The notes under the pieces are model-generated. The model ran no database searches, had not been told where the DNA came from, and worked only from the letters and a program-made list of their open reading frames with translations. Below, in pieces: positions 47,894 through 56,576 of a stretch of 64,000 nucleotides of DNA; positions within the stretch are counted from its first letter, which is position 1; each line of letters opens with the position of its first letter. Location: NCBI GenBank assembly GCA_035650575.1, contig DASRHM010000017.1, positions 1,434-65,433 on the forward strand. The letters run 5' to 3'. A program made the position numbers and the translations under genes. The stretch is from Dehalococcoidia bacterium (lineage in GTDB: Bacteria; Chloroflexota; Dehalococcoidia; DSTF01; JACRBR01).

Positions 47894-48865
47894 GTGGATC
47901 CTCCGCCCTCAGAGCCACACGGGCCGGGTATCAGCCGCCGCCGCTTCCTGGCGATGATGGGCGCGATGGCGGGCGCGGGCGCCTTCGCGCTCGCGAACAC
48001 GCAGTGCGCGCCGGACGTGCTGCGGCGCGTCGTGCAGGGCACCCGGGCCGTGGCCCCGCCGCAGCACGCCGTGTGGGTGTGGCAGTTCTCGATCGACGGC
48101 CCGGTCGCCGAGATCGCGCCGGCGCTCGCCGCGCGAAACCTCGCCGTCGTCGTGAAGACGCACGACGGCCTCGATTGGATGGCGACGTACGACCCGGTGC
48201 CCGGAGCGGTCGCGGGCGCGCGCGAAGCGGGCATCCTGGCGCGGGTCTTCGAGGACTACGGCGTGCCGTTCCACGCCTGGGCCGTCGTGAAGGGCATCGA
48301 CCCGGTGCGCGAGGCGGCGATGGCCGCGGACGTGCTGGACGCCGGCGCGCATAGCCTCACGCTCGACCTGGAGGCGCACGAGGGGTTCTGGGCAGGGACG
48401 AGCGACGACGCCCTGCGCTTCGGCGAGGAGCTGCGGCGGCGCAACCCGTACGGGCGCGTCGACGTCGCCATCGACCCGCGGCCGTGGCAGATGCTGGCGG
48501 CCCCGCTGGGGGAGTTCGCGACGTTCTGCGACGGCATCCGGCCGCAACTCTACTGGGACATCTACGACACGCCGGACAACGCGAACGGCTACGCGTACCT
48601 GGGCTTCCCGCCAGGGCCGGCGGGCATCACGCCGGAGTTCCTCGTCGACACGACGCGGCGGCTGCTGGCGCCGTTCGACCGCTGGGTCGTGCCGCTGGCG
48701 CTCGGCACCGCGCGCGACGCCGCGTGGGCGCGATTCGCGCACGAAGCGTGGGCGCAGGGGATGCCGGCGCTCAACGTGTGGCGCTACGGCACCGCCGGCC
48801 GCGCGCTGCTCGACTATCTCGGCGCGAACCCGCCGGGCGCGGAGCCCGCCGGCGAACCGGGCTAG
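47894..48865 (+). CDS. Tat-exported TIM-barrel, glycoside-hydrolase-like protein; start uncertain
   Basis: SRRRFL twin-arginine motif plus hydrophobic helix; VWVW, VVKTHDG, LDLE, RPQLYW, NVWRY. Confidence 0.6.
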   Translation: MDPPPSEPHGPGISRRRFLAMMGAMAGAGAFALANTQCAPDVLRRVVQGTRAVAPPQHAVWVWQFSIDGPVAEIAPALAARNLAVVVKTHDGLDWMATYDPVPGAVAGAREAGILARVFEDYGVPFHAWAVVKGIDPVREAAMAADVLDAGAHSLTLDLEAHEGFWAGTSDDALRFGEELRRRNPYGRVDVAIDPRPWQMLAAPLGEFATFCDGIRPQLYWDIYDTPDNANGYAYLGFPPGPAGITPEFLVDTTRRLLAPFDRWVVPLALGTARDAAWARFAHEAWAQGMPALNVWRYGTAGRALLDYLGANPPGAEPAGEPG

Positions 48866-50088
48866 AGCAGGTCGCCGCCGGCGGCGGGCGCCGTCGTCCC
48901 GTGCTCGCGGTACGCCTTGAGCACGTTGCGCCCGACCGTCCAGCGGTGCACCTCGTCCGGGCCGTCGACCAGGCGCTGCGAGCGGATGCTCGTGTACCAG
49001 CGCGCCAGCGGCGTGTCTTCGCTGTAGCCCAGCGCGCCGTGGAGCTGGATCGCCGTATCGACGACCTTGTGCACCATGTTCGCCAGGAACACCTTCGCGA
49101 TCGAGTTCTCCTGCCGCAGGTCCATGCCCTTCTCCGCCTTGTAGGCGATGTGCAGCAGCATCAGGCGCGCCATGTAGAGCTCGCTCGCGCAGTCGGCGAG
49201 CATCCACTGCACGCCCTGTCGCTCGGCGAGGAGCTTGCCGAACGTCGAGCGCTCGAGGACGCGCTTCGCCGCCATATCGAGCGCGCGCTGCGCCATCGCC
49301 ACGTTGTGCATGCCGTGGCGCAGGCGCCCGTACGCCAGGCGGTGCTGCCCCATGTTGAACCCCTGCCCTTCGCCGCCGACGATGTTCTCGTGCGGGACGA
49401 CGAGGTCCTTGATGATGATCTCGGCGTGGCCGCCGCCGAGCATCTCGCCGAGCCGGCTCTCGCCCGCCATCGTGCGGATGTTGCGGACGATCTGGTAGCC
49501 CGGGTTCGGCAACTCGACGAGGAACGTGCTGAACTGCTGGTGCCGCGGCGCATCGGGATTGGTCTTCGCCATGATCATGGCGATGTCGGCGACGCTGGCG
49601 CCACTGCTGAACCACTTCTCGCCGTTGAGGACCCAGTTGTCGCCGTCGCGGACGGCGCGCGTCTGCATGCCGGTGGCGTCGGCGCCCGCGGCCTTCTCGG
49701 TCATCGAGTAACAGATGCGCTTCTCGCCGTTGAGCAACGGCTTGAGGAACTTCTCCTTCTGGTAGTCGGTGCCATGCTGCAGCAGCGTGAGCATCGTCGC
49801 GTCGTCGGGGCCCTGGGTATTCAGCGCGAGCGCGCCGAGGTAGCTCTCGCCGAGCTCCATCTGCACGAGCGCATTCGCGAGCGGGCCGAGGCCCATCCCC
49901 CCGTACTCCTTCGGGATGAACGGGCACCACAGTCCCTGTGCGCGGGCCTTCTGGCGCAGCTCGCCGAGCACCTCCTTGTACGGGCGGTGCTCCAGCTCCT
50001 TCTCCGCCGGGATGCACTCCTCCTGCACGAACCTGCGCACCTTCTCGCGCACGTCCTTCGCGTCCTGCGGGATCTCGAAGTCGATCAT
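48862..50088 (-). CDS. Acyl-CoA dehydrogenase (ACAD10/11-like subfamily)
   Basis: QGPDDAT, YSMTE, LNGEKWFSSG, QHRLAYGRLRHGM, IQLHGALG, LVDGPDEVH. Confidence 0.92.
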   Translation of the reverse strand: MIDFEIPQDAKDVREKVRRFVQEECIPAEKELEHRPYKEVLGELRQKARAQGLWCPFIPKEYGGMGLGPLANALVQMELGESYLGALALNTQGPDDATMLTLLQHGTDYQKEKFLKPLLNGEKRICYSMTEKAAGADATGMQTRAVRDGDNWVLNGEKWFSSGASVADIAMIMAKTNPDAPRHQQFSTFLVELPNPGYQIVRNIRTMAGESRLGEMLGGGHAEIIIKDLVVPHENIVGGEGQGFNMGQHRLAYGRLRHGMHNVAMAQRALDMAAKRVLERSTFGKLLAERQGVQWMLADCASELYMARLMLLHIAYKAEKGMDLRQENSIAKVFLANMVHKVVDTAIQLHGALGYSEDTPLARWYTSIRSQRLVDGPDEVHRWTVGRNVLKAYREHGTTAPAAGGDLL

Positions 50089-50131
50089 CGCGTCACCTCC
50101 CGATGCCTTCCCTCTCGTACCGACGGGGTCC

Positions 50132-51205
50132 TCACGCCGCGGCGATGAACGCCTCGGCGCGCTTGAATAGCCCGAGCGTCGTCGCGTGCAGCATGTCGCC
50201 GACGGCGCGCGGCGCCTTCCCGGCGCAGGCGCGCGCGTGCGTGCCCTCGAGGATGATGCCCAGCTTGAAGCATGCGAGCACGGCGTACCAGCCGACCGCC
50301 GACAGGTCGCGCGTCGAGCGCTCGGCGTAGCGCGCGACTACCTCGTCGGGAGCGGGCAGGCCGCCGGCCGCGGCCAGTCCGGAGCCGACGGCGCCGGCGG
50401 GTTGCGCCGGGTCGGGCCAGGTCGCGAGCAGCCAGCCGAGGTCGAGCAACGGGTCGCCGATCGTGCACATCTCCCAGTCGACGATCGCCGCCAGCCGCGG
50501 GCCGTCGTGCGCGTACATCACGTTGGCGAAGTGGTAGTCGCCGTGCAGGATCCCCGGCGTGCACGACTGCGGCCGGTTGGCCTCGAGCCAGGCGGCGACC
50601 TCGTCCAGCGCCGGAATGGCGGGGCCGGGGTAGCCCTCGAAGCGGCGGTACGACTCCAGCTCGGCGAGCCAGCGCGGCACCTGGCGTTCGAGGAATCCCT
50701 GCGGCTTGCCGAGATCCGCGAGACCGAGCGCCTCGTGGTCGACCGCCGCGAGCGCCGACGCGCCATCGACGATCCGCAGCCCCATCTCGTGGCGGACCGC
50801 GGGGTCGGACGCGTGGAGCGCGGGCAAGGCGACGGTCGCGTTGAAGCCATCGACCGGCTCCATCAGGTAGAAGACGGCGCCGTTCATGACCGTCTCGTCC
50901 GGGCACGCGGCGATGAAGCGCGGGTGCGGCACGCTCGTCTGCGCGAGCGCCCGGAGGACGCGCGCCTCGCGGCGCATCACCTCGTTGCTCGCCGGCCGCA
51001 AGTGCGGCGGCCCGCGACGGAGGACGTACGCGCGACCGCCGCGCGTGAACTTCAGCATCACGTTCTGCGTGCCGCCGGCCAGGGCCTCCACGCCCGCGAC
51101 GGGTCCGCCGGGCAGGCCCTGCGCGTCCATCCACGCGGCGAGCACGTCGAAGTCGACGACGCCGCGTCCGACGCCCGACTGCTGCTGCGCGCTCGCGTCA
51201 GCCAC
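50132..51205 (-). CDS. APH-family phosphotransferase
   Basis: YVLRRGP, REARVL, LHGDYHFAN, DWEM.TIGDPLLDLG. Confidence 0.9.
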   Translation of the reverse strand: MADASAQQQSGVGRGVVDFDVLAAWMDAQGLPGGPVAGVEALAGGTQNVMLKFTRGGRAYVLRRGPPHLRPASNEVMRREARVLRALAQTSVPHPRFIAACPDETVMNGAVFYLMEPVDGFNATVALPALHASDPAVRHEMGLRIVDGASALAAVDHEALGLADLGKPQGFLERQVPRWLAELESYRRFEGYPGPAIPALDEVAAWLEANRPQSCTPGILHGDYHFANVMYAHDGPRLAAIVDWEMCTIGDPLLDLGWLLATWPDPAQPAGAVGSGLAAAGGLPAPDEVVARYAERSTRDLSAVGWYAVLACFKLGIILEGTHARACAGKAPRAVGDMLHATTLGLFKRAEAFIAAA

Positions 51206-51965
51206 CGGCGCTGCCTCCCGATACGACGAGCTGCGACCCGGTGACGAAGCTCGATGCGTCGGTCGCGAAGTAGAGGGCGGCGCCGACGATCTCTTCCGGC
51301 TCGCCGCCGCGCCGGAGCAGGACGCTCTTCTGCGCCGTCCGCCGGAACGCCTGCATGTCCCACGCCTTCGAGATATCGGTCAGGAACGGGCCGGGGACGA
51401 TGCAGTTGACGCGCACCTTCGGGGCGAAGGCGCGGGCGAAGCCGACGGTCATGTTGTTGACGCCGGCCTTCGCCGCGCCGTACGGGATGACGTTCGCGCC
51501 CGGGCTGAGCGACGCCGTGCTCGAGACGAAGATGATCGACCCGCCGGCGCCCGCCGCCATGCGCGTGCCGACGATCGCCGTGAGCCGGAACGGCCCCTTG
51601 AGGTTGACGTCGAGCACCTTGTCGTACAGCGCCTCACTGACGTTGCTCACGTGGTCGTAGACCGGCGAGAGGCCGGCGTTGTTCACCAGCACGTCGACGC
51701 GCCCGAACTCGGCGTAGGCGCGCTCGGCCAGGCGCTCGACCTGATCCCACTCGCCGACGTGGCACGCGACGGCGAGCGCGCGCCGGCCGGTGGTCGACCG
51801 CACCTCCGCGGCAAGCGCCTCGCACGCGTCGAGCTTGCGGCTGGCGATGATCACGTCGGCGCCCGCGCGCGCGAAGGCCCGCACCATCTCGCGGCCCAGG
51901 CCGCGGCTGCCGCCGGTAACGAGCGCGATGCGCCCGCTGAGGTCGAACATCTGCCCGTCCGCCAT
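51198..51965 (-). CDS. SDR oxidoreductase
   Basis: VTGGSRGLG, VNNAG, YGAAKAG, VNCIVPG. Confidence 0.92.
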   Translation of the reverse strand: MADGQMFDLSGRIALVTGGSRGLGREMVRAFARAGADVIIASRKLDACEALAAEVRSTTGRRALAVACHVGEWDQVERLAERAYAEFGRVDVLVNNAGLSPVYDHVSNVSEALYDKVLDVNLKGPFRLTAIVGTRMAAGAGGSIIFVSSTASLSPGANVIPYGAAKAGVNNMTVGFARAFAPKVRVNCIVPGPFLTDISKAWDMQAFRRTAQKSVLLRRGGEPEEIVGAALYFATDASSFVTGSQLVVSGGSAGG

Positions 51966-52088
51966 CGCGCCTCCGCCCCAGGATGGATCGCCATCGTATC
52001 CCGTGCGGGGCGGAAGCACGATGCGCGCGGCCGAAGGCCCCGCGACCGTCGCGGCCGCGCCCCGGCGGCGTCCGCGCCGGTCGGACGC

Positions 52089-52814
52089 CTACGGACGCGT
52101 GCCGAGGCCTCGGATCGCGTCGATGGCGACGTCGATCAACTGGGGAGGGATGCGCCATGCGCCGAAGCTCCAGCCCCGGAAGCGCCGGAACGCACCGACG
52201 TTGATGCGGTACGAGTTGCGCCGGCCGACCCGGCCGCGCGTGATGATCCGCTCCGCCGCAAGCTGGCGGAGCACATCGACGACGGCGCGCTCGGTGATGC
52301 CCGTCGCCTTCGCCAGCTCGCGCAGCGTCCGCGAGTCGTTCTCGGCGATCGCCAGCAGGACGAGCATGTGACTCGTGAAGAACCCCCAGGTCCCCTCGCG
52401 GGCCTCGAGTTCGTGCGCGCGGGCGCGCCGAGGCGCCCGCGCCGCGGCGCCGCCGCCCGGCGCCGTCGATGCGAGCTCGAAGAGCGCCCGCACGACCGCC
52501 TCGACGAACGGACGCGGCGTCAGCGGGCCCGTCGTGCCGCCGCGACGCACGGTCGAAAGGCGCGCAAAGTCGACCGAGTAGGCGTTGCGGCGCCCACGCC
52601 GGTGCCTCGTGATGATCCCGTCCGCATCGAGGTCGCGCAGCATGGCGAGCGTCGCCCGCTCCGTTATGTCGATGCCATCCGCGATCTCGCGCACGGTCGA
52701 GTCGGGATGGGCGATGACATAGATGAGCACGACCGCCTGGTTCGTCAGGAAGCGCCACGTTGCCGGCGCCTGAGCGCGTGGCGGCTGGTCGCGGACGTGT
52801 TGCGGGATCGTCAT
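52089..52814 (-). CDS. Tandem winged-helix (MarR-like) DNA-binding protein with two HTH repeats
   Basis: WRFLTNQ..VL...TVREIA..IDITERA...GRRNAY and WGFFTSH..VL...TLRELA..GITERA...GRRNSY. Confidence 0.82.
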   Translation of the reverse strand: MTIPQHVRDQPPRAQAPATWRFLTNQAVVLIYVIAHPDSTVREIADGIDITERATLAMLRDLDADGIITRHRRGRRNAYSVDFARLSTVRRGGTTGPLTPRPFVEAVVRALFELASTAPGGGAAARAPRRARAHELEAREGTWGFFTSHMLVLLAIAENDSRTLRELAKATGITERAVVDVLRQLAAERIITRGRVGRRNSYRINVGAFRRFRGWSFGAWRIPPQLIDVAIDAIRGLGTRP

Positions 52815-52981
52815 GTTGACATATCCATAGAAGCAGCGATCGTGCTCCCGCGTTCACCTGTCGTGCTTCGGCGTATCTTCGCGCAGGTCCTCCCCGCCTG
52901 GCAATACCCGCGGCGCTCATCCCGGCGCAATCGGCGACGGCACGTTCCCGCCCCGGAACGCTCCCGCGAGCCTCGCGGGTA

Positions 52982-53026
52982 TTGACAGGGCGAAGCTCAG
53001 CAGTAGAATACAGGCAATAATTATCA
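52982..53026 (+). promoter_or_regulatory. Near-consensus sigma70 promoter with a downstream Fur-like palindrome
   Basis: TTGACA (52982-52987), 16-nt spacer, TAGAAT (53004-53009); AGGCAATAATTATCA (53012-53026). Confidence 0.75.
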
Positions 53027-53267
53027 GGTAATGGCACTCACGCTTCGTCATTCAGGTGAATGGATTCACGAGTGAAGACGGGGATGCTCGCGGGAGCGGT
53101 TCTGCAGGGGACTCGGGTGAGGACGGCTCCACTAGTTCCGGCGGGGAAACCAGGCTAGGAGCAGTCCTCGGGGCGGCGTGGCCAGCCGCCCTCCCTCCAC
53201 CAGATCGGACCCTTGGGAAGAGCGCGACGCAGCGGAGCCGGCACAGGAGGGCCGGCTCCTCGTTTCG
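53016..53267 (+). ncRNA. Candidate structured small RNA or long leader, family unassigned
   Basis: Lies between a strong promoter and a terminator-like hairpin; several stems, including GAGGAC/GTCCTC closing a GAAA-capped helix; non-coding-like codon use. Confidence 0.45.
53234..53267 (+). terminator. Terminator-like hairpin
   Basis: GGAGCCGGC-ACAGGAGG-GCCGGCTCC followed by TCGTTTCG. Confidence 0.5.
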
Positions 53268-53456
53268 TCGTGCGCAGGCGCGGTCGTGCGGCGCACGCCG
53301 GCGCGAGCGGGCGGATACCGACGCTGCGCGCCGGATGCGTGCGCAGCCGAACACCGTCCCTCGGCGGTCGCCGCAGCGCCGGGGGACGCGAGCTTGACCG
53401 CGCCCCGCGCAGCGCGCATCGTTCGACCGTCGTCTCGCGAGAGCAGCGGAGGATGC

Positions 53457-54455
53457 ATGGTACGGCTGACTGCCGCCGACGAAGGCTTCTACCACCAGAT
53501 CCCGGAGCCGCTCCCGAACGTCGCGACGCAGCACGACCACTGGCGCGAGAGCTACTTCTTCGTGCTGCATCCGCGGTCCGGGCCCGGGGACGTGGTCATC
53601 CTGACGATGGCGCACTATCCGGCGCGCGAGATTATGGACTCGCTGCAGCTCGGACGCATCGACGGGCAGTTCGTCTTCGCGCGGCACGAGCGGCCCTACG
53701 ACGGCGACCCGCACACGACGGCGGTCGGGCCGGTGCGCATCGATATCGTCGAGCCGTACCGGGAGGTGCGCCTGCACGTCGATGACGGCGCGCCCGTGTC
53801 GCTCGACCTGACGTTCACCGCGCGCACCCGGGCGTACGGGTTGCGCCGGGGCACCATGAAGCGCGGGAGCGAGATCATCTGGGACCAGAGCCACATGATC
53901 CAGTCCGGCACATACCGCGGGACCTACACGAAGGACGGCGTGACGCGCACGGTGGATGACTGGTGGGGCCAGCGCGACCACTCCTGGGGGATCCGCGACC
54001 ACGCCCGCTGCCCGCTCTGGATGTGGTTCCAGATCCAGTTCGACGACGGCATGCTCGGCGTCTGGCACTGGGAGTACGCGAACGGCGCCCGCGTGTACAC
54101 CGACGGCTGCTTCGCCCGGGCGGACGGCGGCGAGCCGATCCCGGTCATCGATTTCCGGCACGACGAGATGCACTGGACGGACGCCGATGGGAAGCCCGCG
54201 GACTACGGGAAGTCCGGCGAGCGGACGGTCGGGCTCGCCGGGCGCTGCGTGTTCACCCTCGAAGGCGGCAAGAAGGTCGTCATCGATGCCGAAGGGACGC
54301 GCTGCGCGCCGTATGGGGCGCTCGGCGGCGGACTGCACCAGATGACGGTGCGAGCGGACGACGGCCGGACCGGGACGGCGATCTTCGAGGTGACGGGCGC
54401 GCACCACCACCAGTACTTCCCGGTCCCGCGCGGGGAGCGCCTGCCGCCGGGCTGA
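53457..54455 (+). CDS. Hypothetical protein, tocopherol-cyclase/CrtC-like beta-barrel
   Basis: GGAGG RBS; WRESYFF, GQRDHSWGIRD and W.WFQ..FDDG motifs. Confidence 0.6.
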   Translation: MVRLTAADEGFYHQIPEPLPNVATQHDHWRESYFFVLHPRSGPGDVVILTMAHYPAREIMDSLQLGRIDGQFVFARHERPYDGDPHTTAVGPVRIDIVEPYREVRLHVDDGAPVSLDLTFTARTRAYGLRRGTMKRGSEIIWDQSHMIQSGTYRGTYTKDGVTRTVDDWWGQRDHSWGIRDHARCPLWMWFQIQFDDGMLGVWHWEYANGARVYTDGCFARADGGEPIPVIDFRHDEMHWTDADGKPADYGKSGERTVGLAGRCVFTLEGGKKVVIDAEGTRCAPYGALGGGLHQMTVRADDGRTGTAIFEVTGAHHHQYFPVPRGERLPPG

Positions 54456-54657
54456 AGCGAGCGCGGGGCGCACCTCCGCGCTGCGTTCGCGGCGACGGCG
54501 TCCCGGCCCGGCCGGTCCCGGCGCTGCGGATCGACGGCGGCGGGTCGAAGCTGATCCTGTCAGGGGCGCGAGAACTTTACATGGCCCGCGCGACGCGCGT
54601 CACCAAACGCGCGCGGACGGCGTTTGATCCGATAGCCCATCTCGCGAGGAGGCGCCC

Positions 54658-56565
54658 GTGCTCCGTCGAGCGACCGTGATCGTCGCGGCCTTCACCGCCA
54701 TCGCCCTCGCGCCGCTGGTGCTGCGGCTCGGCACGTCGGGCGCAAGCACGCCGCAGCCGCCGCTGCGCGAGGCCGCGGCGCCGCCGCCTGCGGGCGGTGG
54801 CGCCATCGCGCCCGGGCGCCTGGTCGTGCGCTTCAAGCCGGGCGTTTCGGCGGACGCGATGCGCTTCCAAAATGCGGCGCTCGGGGCGCGCGAGGCCGGG
54901 AGCCATCCGCGCTCCGGGCTGCACGTGCTGCAGCTCTCCAACGCCGCCGCGGCGGATGCGGCGCTCGCCGCCTACCGGCGCAGCCCGATCGTCGAGTCCG
55001 CGGGGTACAGCTACGTCGTGCGCGCGTTCGACGCGCCGAACGACACGAACTACGCGTACCAGTGGGACATGCACGACACGACGGGCGGCGTCTGGGCCGA
55101 ATCGGCGTGGGGCCTGGCGACGAACCACGGGCAGGGCGTCGTCGTCGCCGTCATCGACTCCGGCGTGGCCTACGAGGACTTCACGGGCCCGGGGCCGCTC
55201 GGCAACTCGACGGTGTACCGCCGTTCGCCGGACCTTGCCGGCAAGACGTTCGTGGCGCCGTATGACTTCGTGAACAACGACGCGCACCCGAACGACGACA
55301 ACGGGCACGGCACGCACGTCACGGGCACGATCGCGGAGGACACGGATAACAACTTCGGCGTGGCGGGCGTCGCCTACGCCGCGACGATCATGCCACTGAA
55401 GGTGATCCAGCTCGATGGAACCGGCCAGGACGCGGACCTCGTGGAGGCGCTGTACTACGCCGTGGACCACGGGGCGCGGGTGATCAACATGAGCCTGGGC
55501 TTCAGCGGCACCGGCGCGCCGGACGCGAACGGCGTCCCCTGCACGGAGGTCGTCGGCTTGAACGACGCGCTCGAGTACGCGTACAGCCACGGGGTGGTGA
55601 TCGCCGCGGCGGCGGGCAACGAGGGCGCGAACGTGGTGAGCTGCCCCGCCGCGTACCCGACGGTGATCGCCGTCGGCGCGACACGGTTCGACGGCACGCG
55701 CCCAGCGTACTCGAACACGGGCAGCGCGCTCGACGTCGCGGCCGCCGGCGGCGACCCGAACGTCGACCAGAACCACGACGGCTTCTCCGACGGCGTCGTC
55801 TCCGAGACCTACTGCTACGACTACATCAGCCTGCTCTTCCTCGGGAGCTACGACGCGTTCTGCGACATCTTCATGTCCGGCACGTCGATGGCGACGCCGC
55901 ACGTCGCCGGCCTCGCGGCGCTGCTGCTCGGGGAAGATGCGACACTCACCCCGGACCAGGTGCGCGCGCTGATCCGGGCCACGGCCCGCGACCGCGGCGC
56001 GGCCGGATGGGACCCGGCGTACGGCTGGGGCGAGATCGACGCGCGCGCCGCCGTCGCGGCGCTGGCCGGCGCTTCGCCGACGGCGACGCCGCCGGCCGCG
56101 ACCAGCACGCCAGCCGACACGGCGACGAGCACGCCGACCGCCACGAACACCGCCGTCCCGACGGCGACGAGCACGCCGAACGCCACGAACACGGCCGTCC
56201 CGACGGCCACGCGCACGCCGGCGCCCGTGCCCGCGCTCCACGTCGGCGACCTGGATGGTTCGGCACGGATCCGGCGCTCCGGGTGGAACGCGCAGGTCGT
56301 CGTCACCGTGCACGATGCGTCCCACCGCACGCGCTCCGGCGTCGTGGTGAGCGCGGCCTGGGGCGGCGCGGCCGCGGGCCCGGCCACGTGCACGACCAAC
56401 GGCAAGGGCCAGTGCACGCTCACATCGGCGCTGGTGCCGCTGTCGAGCACGTCGGTGTCACTGACGGTCAGCGGGCTCAGCGCACCCGGCTCCGTCTACG
56501 ACGCCGCGGCGAACCACGACCCGGACGGCAGCAGCACCGGCACGGCCATCGTCGTCACGAGGTAG
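54658..56565 (+). CDS. Secreted S8 (subtilisin-family) serine protease with Thr/Pro linker and C-terminal beta domain
   Basis: VAVIDSG (Asp), NGHGTHVTG (His), GTSMATPH (Ser), AAAGN; signal peptide; GAGGAGG RBS. Confidence 0.93.
   Translation: MLRRATVIVAAFTAIALAPLVLRLGTSGASTPQPPLREAAAPPPAGGGAIAPGRLVVRFKPGVSADAMRFQNAALGAREAGSHPRSGLHVLQLSNAAAADAALAAYRRSPIVESAGYSYVVRAFDAPNDTNYAYQWDMHDTTGGVWAESAWGLATNHGQGVVVAVIDSGVAYEDFTGPGPLGNSTVYRRSPDLAGKTFVAPYDFVNNDAHPNDDNGHGTHVTGTIAEDTDNNFGVAGVAYAATIMPLKVIQLDGTGQDADLVEALYYAVDHGARVINMSLGFSGTGAPDANGVPCTEVVGLNDALEYAYSHGVVIAAAAGNEGANVVSCPAAYPTVIAVGATRFDGTRPAYSNTGSALDVAAAGGDPNVDQNHDGFSDGVVSETYCYDYISLLFLGSYDAFCDIFMSGTSMATPHVAGLAALLLGEDATLTPDQVRALIRATARDRGAAGWDPAYGWGEIDARAAVAALAGASPTATPPAATSTPADTATSTPTATNTAVPTATSTPNATNTAVPTATRTPAPVPALHVGDLDGSARIRRSGWNAQVVVTVHDASHRTRSGVVVSAAWGGAAAGPATCTTNGKGQCTLTSALVPLSSTSVSLTVSGLSAPGSVYDAAANHDPDGSSTGTAIVVTR
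56119..56202 (+). repeat. 2 x 42-nt in-frame duplication encoding the TATSTP.ATNTAVP linker
   Basis: 56119-56160 and 56161-56202 are nearly identical. Confidence 0.8.
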
Positions 56566-56576
56566 CGGCTCCGGCG

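Noticed and set aside
53075-53200. 6S RNA (5' GGGATGCTCGC resembles the E. coli 6S start)
   Set aside because: The complementary 3' closing strand is poor and the segment is short; needs an Infernal search to exclude formally.
53170-53202. tRNA- or tmRNA-like end (hairpin followed by CTCCACCA)
   Set aside because: No TTCRA T-loop, no matching acceptor 5' strand and no tag ORF; retained only as part of the unassigned sRNA candidate.
53056-53397. 113-aa G/S/D-rich ORF over the candidate sRNA
   Set aside because: Third-position GC is far lower than in neighbouring genes and there is no recognisable domain.
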